Part shown: positions 26,821 through 36,407 of the stretch, in pieces
How the letters are laid out: each line of letters opens with the position of its first letter
Position numbering within the stretch: the first letter of the stretch is position 1
Origin: a virus
Taxonomy: Duplodnaviria > Caudoviricetes
Length of the DNA: 57,054 bases
IMG/VR virus record: IMGVR_UViG_3300048855_000050
Location: 1 to 57,054 of that record
Direction: 5' to 3' (one strand)
Notes under the pieces: generated by a model
Seen by the model: only the letters and a program-made list of their open reading frames with translations
What the model was told of the DNA's origin: nothing
The model's database searches: none
Made by a program: the position numbers and the translations under genes

Positions 26821-28509
26821 TTGAACGAACCCATCTGGGACACTTCGTGCCCAGACTGGGAGACGAGGATTGTAAATCGACAATCGCTGGTTCCATTCCC
26901 GCCGCTGTTCCCTGATGAGGCGCGAGCGTGCATGGAGGTGCTGAACGATCTGCGGATCGTCGATGCGCCAGGCAGCCCTCTGATCGGCGAATCCTGCGCG
27001 CCGTGGATAAGCGACTTGGCTGGCGCCATTTTTGGTGCTTACAACTCAAACACCGGTGAGAGGCTGATTCAGGAATTTTTTCTCCTGATCAGCAAGAAGA
27101 ACGCAAAAAGTACGATGGCCGCGGCGATCATGCTCACCGTGTTGATTCGCAACTGGCGGCAGTCAGCAGAGTTCATCATCCTGGCCCCGACCATTGAGGT
27201 TGCAAACAACGCCTACGCGCCGGCCCGTGACATGGTCAAGCACGACGAAGAACTGTCGGCGCTGTTGCACGTGCAGGACCACCTCCGCACGATCACGCAT
27301 CGCGAGTCCGGCGCGACCCTGAAGGTGGTAGCCGCTGACCAGAACACCGTGGGGGGCAAGAAGGCTGCGGTCGTGCTGGTGGACGAGCTTCACCTGTTCG
27401 GCAAAAACCCGCATGCAGCGAATATGCTACGTGAGGCTACCGGTGGCCTGGCTTCGCGGCCAGAAGGCTTCGTTATTTACCTGACGACGCAATCCGATCA
27501 GCCCCCTGCAGGTGTTTTCCGCGAGAAGTTGCAATACGCTCGCGGCGTGCGAGACGGGACCATCATTGATCCCAACTTCCTGCCGATTATCTACGAGTTT
27601 CCGCAGCACATCCTTAAGGCCAATGAACACCGCAACCCCGAGAACTTCTACATCACTAACCCGAACATGGGTTACTCGGTCAGTGAGAAATTCCTGATTC
27701 GGGAAATGAAGAAAGCAGAGGAGGCTGGCGAGGCTGAAATACTGGGCTTCATGTCCAAGCACCTTAACGTCGAGATCGGCTTGGCACTTCGCTCGGACCG
27801 CTGGGCAGGCGCTGATTTCTGGGCCGCCTCGGCGGTACCGGTGCTGACATTGGATATGTTGATCTCTATGTCGGAAGTCATCGATGTCGGCATTGACGGC
27901 GGGGGGCTGGATGACTTGTTGGGGTTCGCAGCTGTGGGCCGCGACAAGCGTACCCGGGACTGGCTGATCTGGACTCATGCCTGGGCCCATCCCTCGGTGC
28001 TGGAGCGCCGTAAGGCAGAAGCCCCACGCTTCCACGACTTTGAGCAACAGGGCGACCTGACGTTATCCGCCCGCATTGGCGATGACGTGAATGACGTTGC
28101 CGACCTTGTTGAACAGATCGAAGCATCTGGACTGCTCGACAAGGTGGGTTGTGACCCTGTCGGTATCGGTGCCATTTACGACGCCATGATCGAGCGGGAG
28201 ATTCCACCGGAGAAGATCGCGGCTATCAGCCAAGGCTGGAAGCTGGGCGGGGCCATCAAGACAGCCGAACGCAAACTGGCCGAGGGCGGGATGAAGCACG
28301 GCGGCCAGCCGATGATGGCCTGGTGCGTCAGCAACGCCAAAGTCGAACCGCGCGCCAACTCGATTCTGATCACCAAGCAAGCCAGCGGGTCGGCCAAGAT
28401 CGATCCGTTGATGGCTCTATTCAACGCCGTGACCTTGATCTCGCTGAACCCCGAGGGGCGCGGCAACGACGATTTCATGGCCGGCATCAGGAACCCGATC
28501 ATCGTATGA
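26821..28509 (+). CDS. terL: Terminase large subunit
   Basis: ISKKNAKS Walker A variant, VLVDELH Walker B, GIDGG..DD and KIDPLMA nuclease motifs. Confidence 0.95.
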   Translation: MNEPIWDTSCPDWETRIVNRQSLVPFPPLFPDEARACMEVLNDLRIVDAPGSPLIGESCAPWISDLAGAIFGAYNSNTGERLIQEFFLLISKKNAKSTMAAAIMLTVLIRNWRQSAEFIILAPTIEVANNAYAPARDMVKHDEELSALLHVQDHLRTITHRESGATLKVVAADQNTVGGKKAAVVLVDELHLFGKNPHAANMLREATGGLASRPEGFVIYLTTQSDQPPAGVFREKLQYARGVRDGTIIDPNFLPIIYEFPQHILKANEHRNPENFYITNPNMGYSVSEKFLIREMKKAEEAGEAEILGFMSKHLNVEIGLALRSDRWAGADFWAASAVPVLTLDMLISMSEVIDVGIDGGGLDDLLGFAAVGRDKRTRDWLIWTHAWAHPSVLERRKAEAPRFHDFEQQGDLTLSARIGDDVNDVADLVEQIEASGLLDKVGCDPVGIGAIYDAMIEREIPPEKIAAISQGWKLGGAIKTAERKLAEGGMKHGGQPMMAWCVSNAKVEPRANSILITKQASGSAKIDPLMALFNAVTLISLNPEGRGNDDFMAGIRNPIIV

Positions 28510-28667
28510 ACCCATTGCACTTTTTTATAGCGACCGCGCTATGCGGATTCGCTGTGGTTGTCGCTGGGGTGTATGTCCTGCTCGGCACCGGCTGGGCTTT
28601 GCTCGCCGGCGGCGCCTCATTGCTGCTCATCGCCGGTTTCGTGCGCAAGGGGCTGAACATTGAATAA
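28506..28667 (+). CDS. Small membrane protein between terL and portal
   Basis: 53 aa, two hydrophobic segments. Confidence 0.6.
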   Translation: MNPLHFFIATALCGFAVVVAGVYVLLGTGWALLAGGASLLLIAGFVRKGLNIE

Positions 28668-29970
28668 CTCTCTATCAGTAGTTCTGGGACGTGCCGCCAG
28701 CAGGCCCAGCGCGTCGCTCGGCGATTGGGTGAGTAGATCCATCAAATTGAGCGACGGCGGGTTCTGGTCCCAGTTCCTCGGTGGAGAGTCCAGTTCCGGC
28801 AAGCGCGTCACCGTGGATAACGCCATGCAGCTTTCAGCTGTTTGGTCATGCGTGAGGATCGTCTCTACATCGGTTGCCGGGCTGCCCATGGGCGTTTACC
28901 GACGCGAGGCTGACGGCGGCCGAAAGGATGCTCGGGACTTCGGTCTGTACGACATCGTGCACACCAGCCCCAATGAAGACATGACTTCGTTCCAGTTCTG
29001 GCAGGCCATGGTCGCCTCCATGCTGCTGCGGGGTAATGGCTATGCGGAAATCCATAGAATAGGCACTCGCATCGTCGCGCTGGATTTCCTCTTGCCTGGG
29101 CGCGTCGATCTGGAACTGGATGACGACGGCAGGGTGACGTACTGGTTTCGTCCTAGAAAGGGCGCCCGTCGTCAGATTGAGCGGCAGAACATGCTGCACA
29201 TCCCGGCGTTTAGTCTCGATGGACGCGTGGGGCTTTCCGCGATCCGCTATGGGGCAGATGTCTTCGGTGCCGCGATGTCCGCCGATGATGCCGCCAACGG
29301 TACGTTTAAAAATGGCCTCCTACCGGCGGTTGCCTTTAAGGTCGACCGGATACTCAAGCCAGATCAGCGGGAAGAGTTCAGGGACTATGTTAAGCAGGTG
29401 TCGGGCGCGCTTAATGCCGGTCGCTCCCCAGTGCTGGAGCAGGGCATTACGCCGGAAACTATCGGCATCAATCCCGTTGATGCGCAGCTGCTGGAATCCC
29501 GCGGGTATAGCGTTGAGGAGGTGTGCCGGTGGTTCGGCGTGCCGCCGTGGATGGTCGGTAAAACCGACGCGGGCAGCAATTGGGGTACGGGCCTTGAACA
29601 GCAGATGATCGCTTTCCTGACCTTCTGCATCAGCTCGATCACCAACCAGATTCAGCAGTGCGTCAATAAGCGGTTGCTGACCCCGGTCGAGCGGCAGTCG
29701 TATTACGCCGAATTCTCGCTCGAGGCATTCCTCAAGGCTGACACCGCCGGACGGTCCGCTTGGTACAGCCAGATGACTCAGAACGGGATCATGACCCGCG
29801 ACGAGTGCCGCGTTAAAGAGAATCTGCCAAGGCATGGCGGCAATGCTGGTGTGTTGACGGTTCAAACCAACTTGACCCCCATCGACAAGCTGGGCGAATC
29901 CAGCGATGCCCAGGCCGCGCAGGCCGCTTTGAAAAGCTGGCTCAGCCAGCAGGAGTCACCATGCAACTGA
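28660..29970 (+). CDS. HK97-family portal protein
   Basis: AVWSCVRI..PNEDMT..GNGY..DAQLLE..FGVPP..ENLP. Confidence 0.95.
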   Translation: MNNSLSVVLGRAASRPSASLGDWVSRSIKLSDGGFWSQFLGGESSSGKRVTVDNAMQLSAVWSCVRIVSTSVAGLPMGVYRREADGGRKDARDFGLYDIVHTSPNEDMTSFQFWQAMVASMLLRGNGYAEIHRIGTRIVALDFLLPGRVDLELDDDGRVTYWFRPRKGARRQIERQNMLHIPAFSLDGRVGLSAIRYGADVFGAAMSADDAANGTFKNGLLPAVAFKVDRILKPDQREEFRDYVKQVSGALNAGRSPVLEQGITPETIGINPVDAQLLESRGYSVEEVCRWFGVPPWMVGKTDAGSNWGTGLEQQMIAFLTFCISSITNQIQQCVNKRLLTPVERQSYYAEFSLEAFLKADTAGRSAWYSQMTQNGIMTRDECRVKENLPRHGGNAGVLTVQTNLTPIDKLGESSDAQAAQAALKSWLSQQESPCN

Positions 29971-30824
29971 ACATCAAAGCACGCAGCTTCAACTGCGAGC
30001 TGAGTCCGCGCGCGCTCGATTTGTGGAACCCCGATCTGCGTGCAGCGCTTGAGGCGGGCACTGACACCATCACCATGTACGGCATCATCGGCGAAGACTG
30101 GTACGGGGATGGCGTCACGCTCAAGCGCGTCGACGCTGCACTGCGCGCCATCGGCGACAAACCGGTCACCGTCTATATCAACTCGCCTGGCGGTGACATG
30201 TTCGAGGGGATCGCGATCTACAACCGTCTGCTCGAGCACTCCCAAGAGGTGACGGTCAAGGTCTTGGGCTTGGCCGCTTCGGCCGCTTCGGTCATTGCGA
30301 TGGCTGGCGCTAAACGCGAGGTCGCCAAAACGGCGTTCCTCATGATTCATAACTGCTGGACCTACTTCGCCGGCAACCGCCACGCCATCCGCGAGCTTGC
30401 GGACACGATGGAAGGGTTCGACCGCGCGATGATCAGCCTGTACGCAGACACCAGCGGCCAAGATGAGTCCGCGGTGGAGAAGATGCTCGACGCGGAGACC
30501 TACATGAACGGCTCGAACGCCGTTGAGAAGGGTTTCGCCACCGGCCTGATCTCAGCATCCGAAGTGGAGCAAGCCCCCAGCGAAGAAAGTAATCAGGCGC
30601 ACTCGGCTCGCAAGCTCGACGCCGCCCTCGCCAAATCAGGGATGCCGCGCAGCGAGCGCCGCAAGCTCATCTCAGAAATCAAGACCAGCACGTCTAGCGC
30701 TGCTGGCGGCGACACGCTTCGCGCTGTCGTGCCGGGCAAGCCTAGCGCTGCCCTTGATGTATCCGCGTTTGAAGAAACCGCAAATCAGGCGTCGGCTCTT
30801 CGGGGGCTCATCCCCGCCTGCTGA
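29961..30824 (+). CDS. ClpP-like head maturation protease
   Basis: INSPGGD, AASAAS, MIHN. Confidence 0.93.
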   Translation: MQLNIKARSFNCELSPRALDLWNPDLRAALEAGTDTITMYGIIGEDWYGDGVTLKRVDAALRAIGDKPVTVYINSPGGDMFEGIAIYNRLLEHSQEVTVKVLGLAASAASVIAMAGAKREVAKTAFLMIHNCWTYFAGNRHAIRELADTMEGFDRAMISLYADTSGQDESAVEKMLDAETYMNGSNAVEKGFATGLISASEVEQAPSEESNQAHSARKLDAALAKSGMPRSERRKLISEIKTSTSSAAGGDTLRAVVPGKPSAALDVSAFEETANQASALRGLIPAC

Positions 30825-30894
30825 TCGACTGGAGCTGCAACCCACTTGATAACCGCCCGAGAGGCGGTTTTTTCATTTCTGAAAGGACAAAATC

Positions 30895-32091
30895 ATGGCT
30901 GTAGATCTTTCTGCAATTGAAGCTTCCCAGAAGCAAACCCAAGCCGACCTGAAAGCCGTTGGCGACCAGATCAAGACATACGCCGAGCGCACGGAGAAGG
31001 AAATTAGAGCCTCCGGTGAAATGCAGGCTGAGACCCGTAGCAAGGTCGACGAACTCCTGATGAAGCAGGGCGAGCTGCAAGCGCGGATGCAGGATGCTGA
31101 GCAAAAGCTCGTCAACGCCAATAAGCGTCACGAGCCGGAAACCCAGCAGTCGGCAGGTCAGCTGGTCGCTGCAAAAATGGCGGAAGAGGGCGTCAGCAGC
31201 TCGTTCCGTGGTTCGCGCCGTGTGGAAGTTCCTCGCGCTGCGATCACCTCCGTGCCGACCTCCGGTGGGGCGCTGGTTCAAACCGAGCGCGTAGGCATTG
31301 TCCTCGCGCCGCAGCGCCGCTTGACCATCCGCGATCTGGTTGCGCCTGGCACCACCGATAGCAACGCAGTCGAGTACGTCCGTGAAACCGGCTTCACCAA
31401 CAACGCTGCGGTCGTGGGCGAAGGCCTGGCCAAACCGTACAGCGAGCTGAAGTTCGGGCTGGAAAACGCCAACGTGCGGACCATCGCGCACCTGTTCAAG
31501 GGCAGCCGCCAGATTCTGGACGACGCTTCTGCACTGCAGAGCTACATCGACGCCCGAGCGCGCTACGGTCTGTTGCTGGCTGAAGAAGCGCAGTTGCTGT
31601 ACGGCAACGGTACCGGCAACAACCTCAAAGGGATCATCCCGCAAGCCCAGATCTATGCACCTCCTGCTGGTATCGCGGTTCAGGCGATCCAGCGTATCGA
31701 CCGGATTCGTCTGGCGCTGCTGCAGGCAATGCTCGCCGAGTTCCCGTCCACCGGCATCGTGCTGAACCCGATCGACTGGGCTGCCATCGAGCTGCTCAAG
31801 GACGGCGAAGGCCGCTACATTATCGGCAAGCCGCAAGAAGGCACTGCGCCGCGCTTGTGGAACCTGCCGGTGGTAGAGACCCAGGCGATTGTGCAGGACC
31901 AATTCTTGGTGGGCGCGTTCAGCCTGGCAGCGCAGATCTACGACCGCATGGGCATCGAAGTGCTGGTGTCGACTGAAAACGACAAGGACTTCGAGAACAA
32001 CATGGTCACCATCCGCGCTGAAGAGCGCTTGGCCTTCGCCGTGTACCGCCCAGAAGCCTTCGTAACCGGCCCACTGACCCCGGCCGCTTAA
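30895..32091 (+). CDS. HK97-family major capsid protein
   Basis: Coiled-coil delta domain; EEAQLLYGNG, FENNMVTIRAEER..RPEAF. Confidence 0.95.
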   Translation: MAVDLSAIEASQKQTQADLKAVGDQIKTYAERTEKEIRASGEMQAETRSKVDELLMKQGELQARMQDAEQKLVNANKRHEPETQQSAGQLVAAKMAEEGVSSSFRGSRRVEVPRAAITSVPTSGGALVQTERVGIVLAPQRRLTIRDLVAPGTTDSNAVEYVRETGFTNNAAVVGEGLAKPYSELKFGLENANVRTIAHLFKGSRQILDDASALQSYIDARARYGLLLAEEAQLLYGNGTGNNLKGIIPQAQIYAPPAGIAVQAIQRIDRIRLALLQAMLAEFPSTGIVLNPIDWAAIELLKDGEGRYIIGKPQEGTAPRLWNLPVVETQAIVQDQFLVGAFSLAAQIYDRMGIEVLVSTENDKDFENNMVTIRAEERLAFAVYRPEAFVTGPLTPAA

Positions 32092-32140
32092 CCCTTCCCA
32101 TTGAGCGCCGCCTGCGGGCGGCCCTTTTGATTCAGGAGAG

Positions 32141-32653
32141 ATGAATATGGCACGTGCAAACGCGAACGATGCAGCCAAGGCGCCGGCTACAGCGGTGGAT
32201 ACCACTGCTTCTACGCCCGGGGAGCAGACTCCAGCACAAAGAACCACCGCGCCGGCCATCGACTCCGGGGTTCAAGGCGGAAGCATGGCACCAGATAACA
32301 CTTCCGTGGCAGGCGCAGGGACTCGCCCGCTCCGGCCTACTGACCCAGCCAACGGCATTGGGAGCACCGTCCAGGCAGCGCAGCCGGCCGCTGCTGCCGT
32401 AAGCACTGACGCGGATGCGGCAGCAGTCGGTACTGAAACGACTTCGCCTGACGTGAAATCCTCCACCGGTGAGGGGATCGAGGCGGCTGTCGTTGCGGAG
32501 GACAGCACCGAAATCACGATTTACCCGTTGCGCAGCTACTTGGACGGAAAGGAGATTCGCCGCGCAGGCGGGAAGCCATACAAGTCGCCTAAGCACGATG
32601 CCGTGTCACTGATCGCGGCTGGCTTGGCCACCGACAAACAGCCGAAGTCCTGA
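32141..32653 (+). CDS. Low-complexity head-associated protein
   Basis: Ala/Thr/Pro-rich, folded C-terminus ending LIAAGLA. Confidence 0.65.
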   Translation: MNMARANANDAAKAPATAVDTTASTPGEQTPAQRTTAPAIDSGVQGGSMAPDNTSVAGAGTRPLRPTDPANGIGSTVQAAQPAAAAVSTDADAAAVGTETTSPDVKSSTGEGIEAAVVAEDSTEITIYPLRSYLDGKEIRRAGGKPYKSPKHDAVSLIAAGLATDKQPKS

Positions 32654-32654
32654 A

Positions 32655-32996
32655 ATGAACGCCATCTCTACCGACGAGGCCATGCAGCACGTTCGGGCCG
32701 AGGAAGGGGATCGAGCGCATGTCGAGCTGTTACTCGCGGCAGCTGAAGACAGCGCCGCTCAGTTCATGAACCGATGCTTCTACGGCGACGCGGACAGCCT
32801 GGCCGCTGCGGTGTTAGACGGAACAGCCGGGTCTGATCCAATCCTGCTAAATCCTTCTGTCCGTGCCGCCTGTCTGCTCATCCTCGGCAGTTTGTACGCC
32901 AACCGAGAGGACGTAGTAGTGGGTGTCACGTCCACCGCGCTGCCCATGGGATCGCGCGCGCTGCTGACGCCTTACCGCGTCGGCTGGGGGGTCTAA
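32655..32996 (+). CDS. Head-tail connector (gp6-like)
   Basis: AACLLILGSLYANRE..LLTPYR. Confidence 0.9.
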   Translation: MNAISTDEAMQHVRAEEGDRAHVELLLAAAEDSAAQFMNRCFYGDADSLAAAVLDGTAGSDPILLNPSVRAACLLILGSLYANREDVVVGVTSTALPMGSRALLTPYRVGWGV

Positions 32997-33317
32997 ATGC
33001 GTGCTGGTCCGCTGCGCCACCAATGTTCTGTCCAGAAACAAACCCGCATCCCAGACGGGACGGGTGGCTATGAAGAAGGCTGGACGGAGATTCGCAGCAT
33101 TTGGGCGGAAATCACCATACCAAGCGGACGCACGTCCGTAGTAGCGCAGCAAGTCGCGTCCTTGATCACTGTCGAAATCCGTGTGAGGCCTGCGGCTGAT
33201 GTGTTGCCAGGCGTGCGTCTCGTTAATTCAGGTGTTACCTACCTGGTTGAGGCTGTGCTCCCCGATAACGAGCGCTCGATGCTGCGTCTGCTGTGCTCAA
33301 ACGTCGCAAATCCATGA
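32997..33317 (+). CDS. Head closure protein
   Basis: MRAGPLRH..DGTGG..W..WAEI. Confidence 0.9.
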   Translation: MRAGPLRHQCSVQKQTRIPDGTGGYEEGWTEIRSIWAEITIPSGRTSVVAQQVASLITVEIRVRPAADVLPGVRLVNSGVTYLVEAVLPDNERSMLRLLCSNVANP

Positions 33318-33325
33318 GGCAAATC

Positions 33326-33517
33326 ATGAAAGTAAAAGCACTGGCAAGTTTGTCCACCGCCAATGGCTGGAAAGCTGCGGGCGAAGAATTCACCGTGAAT
33401 GCGGCAGATGGCGAGGAGCTGATTGAACGCGGTCTGGTTGAGCGGTCCGTCGCCGAGCCCCCTGCGGACGTCGAGCCCGCGGAGAAAGCCACCAAACCTA
33501 CGAAACAGAAGGGCTAA
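33326..33517 (+). CDS. Small hypothetical virion-module protein
   Basis: GEEFTV..LIERGLVE. Confidence 0.6.
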   Translation: MKVKALASLSTANGWKAAGEEFTVNAADGEELIERGLVERSVAEPPADVEPAEKATKPTKQKG

Positions 33518-33519
33518 TC

Positions 33520-33954
33520 ATGGCGCGCGGGTCAAGTATCCAGGGGGACTTCAAGCTGCGCGGCTTGTTGCGTCGGATCGGAAACGAGATGGAAAGCGAC
33601 TTGCGGCCCGCCATGGTAGAGGCCGCAAACTTGGTGCTGGCTACGCAACAGCATCTCATCCCCCGGGATCCGGGATCCTCCGATCACATCGAGGATGCAC
33701 TTGAGGCGTTCGTTTCTAAAAGCGGTCTCGATGCGCAGATCGGGGTTCGCGGCAAAAAGGACAACCGGCATTTCTTCTACGGTAAATTCCTCGAGTACGG
33801 CACCAAGCAGTACGTTCGCGGCGATCAGACCGTCGCGGCCCGGCCCGCGCATCCCTGGCTCAGACCGTCTTACGATATGAACCGGGATCAAATCGCGACC
33901 ATCATCAGCCGGGCAATTGAAGCGACATTGCGTCGGGCAGCGGAGGGCGCATGA
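33520..33954 (+). CDS. HK97 gp10-like protein
   Basis: FYGKFLEYGT..AHPWLRPSY. Confidence 0.88.
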   Translation: MARGSSIQGDFKLRGLLRRIGNEMESDLRPAMVEAANLVLATQQHLIPRDPGSSDHIEDALEAFVSKSGLDAQIGVRGKKDNRHFFYGKFLEYGTKQYVRGDQTVAARPAHPWLRPSYDMNRDQIATIISRAIEATLRRAAEGA

Positions 33955-34337
33955 GTGATCCCGGACTGGCACTACAGAAAGCGCTGTTTGAAAAGCTGAC
34001 TACAGCGCTCGCAACGCCTGTTTTCGATGCCGTCCCTGCAGGCACGCCGTACCCGTATGTCACGCTGGATTACGAGGCTGTGGACAACACAACTCCGGTC
34101 AGTGGCAAGAAGCGTGAAAACCGCCTGTTTTACCTGTCGGTCTGGTCGGATTATCAAGGTCAGGCCGAAGTAAAACGCATCAATGGCGAGATCGCTGACG
34201 CGCTGGACGAAGTTGCGCTGCCGTTGAGCACGGGCACGGCCGTCTCAGTGCGTGTGCTGCGCACGGAAACAAACCGTGAGCCAGACGGCAAGACATACAT
34301 GGGATCCGTGACACTCCGGATCATCACCCAGCACTGA
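33951..34337 (+). CDS. DUF3168 tail terminator
   Basis: LQKAL..VFDAVP..YPYV..VWS. Confidence 0.85.
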   Translation: MSDPGLALQKALFEKLTTALATPVFDAVPAGTPYPYVTLDYEAVDNTTPVSGKKRENRLFYLSVWSDYQGQAEVKRINGEIADALDEVALPLSTGTAVSVRVLRTETNREPDGKTYMGSVTLRIITQH

Positions 34338-34416
34338 CAACGCCGAGCAACACCAACACCCGCCATTGAGCGGGTTTTTTATTGCCAAAAAAACACCCGC
34401 GCCCTGGAGGGCAACC

Positions 34417-34896
34417 ATGACTATCAAAACTTCCGCCGGCGTTCGAGTCCTGATCGGCCCGGCCCAAAACGTCACCTATGGCGAAGACGCTGCCGGCCGC
34501 GCCGCTGCGCTGACTGCCTTGAAAGCTCTGACCTACGTCGAAATCGGCGAAGTGGAAGACGCCGGCGAGCTGGGCGACGAGGCCAGCACTGCCGACTTCA
34601 CCGCGCTGGCCAACCGCCGCAAGCGCAAAGTTAAAGGCACCTTCGACGCCGGCACCCAGCAGGTTACCTTGGGTTCTGACCCGACAGACGCCGGCCAGAA
34701 AGCACTGAAGGCAGCTCTATCCAGCGACTCCAACTTCGCTTTCCAGATGGACTACGGCGACGGCACGGCTGACTTCTACCTCGGCCAGGTGCTGAGCTTC
34801 CGCAAGCAAATCGGCACGGCTGAGTCGATTCGCAAGGCCTCGGTGTCGGTCGCGATCAACTCCGCCATCTACGAGCAAGCCGCACCGGCCGCCTAA
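34417..34896 (+). CDS. Major tail tube protein
   Basis: Position; GEVEDAGELGD..KVKGTFDAG..DAGQ; GGAGG SD. Confidence 0.8.
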   Translation: MTIKTSAGVRVLIGPAQNVTYGEDAAGRAAALTALKALTYVEIGEVEDAGELGDEASTADFTALANRRKRKVKGTFDAGTQQVTLGSDPTDAGQKALKAALSSDSNFAFQMDYGDGTADFYLGQVLSFRKQIGTAESIRKASVSVAINSAIYEQAAPAA

Positions 34897-34979
34897 GGCC
34901 CGCGATCAACGCAATGCACAGGCGTCGCCACCGCGGCGCCTGGTTTGAATCTTTCCCTCTTTGCAAGGAACACTGATCC

Positions 34980-35339
34980 ATGTCCAAGACTGACCACGGC
35001 GCGACTGAAGTAATCGTCGGCACTGAAACCTACAGCCTGGCTTTTACCCTCAAAGCGGTGAAGAACATCGAACGTCGTTTTGGCGGCCTGTCCCCGGCTT
35101 TGCAGGAAGTGCAGAAGCTGAGCCTGAACGTAGCCGCCTCCATCATTGCGGCCGGCGCGAACCTGACGCTGAAGCCGAAAGAGTTCGAGGCGTTGGAGGA
35201 AGAAATTTACGAGCACGGCATCGGTGAGGTCACACCGCCGCTCATCCAGTACCTGCTGGCGCTGCTTAACCCCGCGGCCAAGAGCGAGGAAGAACTCGCG
35301 AAGGATGCCGAAGAGGGCACCGGCAAAGCAAAAAAGTAA
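34980..35339 (+). CDS. Tail assembly chaperone (G)
   Basis: Between tail tube and tape measure; ends in slippery A-AAA-AAG. Confidence 0.85.
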   Translation: MSKTDHGATEVIVGTETYSLAFTLKAVKNIERRFGGLSPALQEVQKLSLNVAASIIAAGANLTLKPKEFEALEEEIYEHGIGEVTPPLIQYLLALLNPAAKSEEELAKDAEEGTGKAKK

Positions 35340-35590
35340 GCCGGCCGGGCAACGGTAGCTATGTGGACGAGGTTTTCTGTCTGGCTACCGGCAGCCTCCA
35401 GTGGTCGCCGCGCGATGCGTGGGAAACACCTGTGCCGCAGATTCTGATGGCCTGGGAGGCCCGCATGGAATTCTTGCGGGCGACGAATCCCTTTGGTAGG
35501 GCTGATAAGCCGCCCGGGCCACCGCAAGGCGAGACGCCGGAGGAAAAGCGTCAGCGAATAAAGGCGCAAATCCGTGGTGCGCGGGGCTGA
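35330..35590 (+). CDS. Tail assembly chaperone extension (T) reached by -1 frameshift
   Basis: A AAA AAG at 35330-35336; -1 frame open to 35590; LQWSPRDAWETP motif. Confidence 0.8.
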   Translation, partial: KKVSRPGNGSYVDEVFCLATGSLQWSPRDAWETPVPQILMAWEARMEFLRATNPFGRADKPPGPPQGETPEEKRQRIKAQIRGARG

Positions 35591-35678
35591 TGCGGGCTAG
35601 CCACGAGACGCCCGGTGGATTATGGCGCTCCTGCAGGATGGTGTTAAATTTGCCGCCATCAAAACAGGAGCGGCTGTC

Positions 35679-36323
35679 ATGTTAAGAAGTAAAGGAATGT
35701 GGATGTTGTTGATGTGCGCAGCAATCACTGTCTTCGCCGGCTGTACGCATGACATCCGCCCGGTCGTTAAAGACCAGGGCCTGTACATCACGAAGATCAA
35801 GGATGAGCAAGTGCAGATCGTTGCGAGTCAGCAGTTCCAGCAGCTGACTTTGCAGGACGTGCCCTTGAAGTCGAGCAACTGGAAGTGGCAGAAATTCAAC
35901 GTCGCCATCGGCAAAACACTTACAGATGGCGTCTACTCCTATGTGCGATCGACCTTTGATCACACCACAATAGGCGACACGAAAGACGCCGGTATCGCAG
36001 GGTTCACGGTAGTTCTTTCGAATGCCAGCGTTGACCTGTGGATCGATGATGACTCGTCGTTTGCATCGCAAATGGTGCTCGCTCCAACTTATTACATGAA
36101 CACAGTTGACGCCCAAGCCAAGGTGACTTTGACGGGAAATCTTTTGTTACCCAGCGGTGAGAGTCGGCCCCTGCAAATTACAGGTAAGGGACTTAAGAAC
36201 CTGAAGCCAGCGAGCATGGACTCGGAGGTTATTGAAGAAGTTACCGGCCTGGCGGCTGCTGATGCAGCCAAGCAGGTCGTCGACCTGATACGCGGCGCGA
36301 GAGGCTCAAAGCCTGCTCAATAG
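35679..36323 (+). CDS. Accessory lipoprotein (moron)
   Basis: AGGAG SD, lipobox FAGC, terminator at 36367-36391. Confidence 0.75.
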   Translation: MLRSKGMWMLLMCAAITVFAGCTHDIRPVVKDQGLYITKIKDEQVQIVASQQFQQLTLQDVPLKSSNWKWQKFNVAIGKTLTDGVYSYVRSTFDHTTIGDTKDAGIAGFTVVLSNASVDLWIDDDSSFASQMVLAPTYYMNTVDAQAKVTLTGNLLLPSGESRPLQITGKGLKNLKPASMDSEVIEEVTGLAAADAAKQVVDLIRGARGSKPAQ

Positions 36324-36407
36324 ATAGATTGGCTCCGTCCCGTCCGTGGGACATTAATTACATCGAACCGGCCTAACAGCCGGTTTTTTTTCGCCCGGAG
36401 AAAGTGC

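Noticed and set aside
30808-32259. 483-aa minus-strand ORF
   Set aside because: Antisense shadow of the capsid gene
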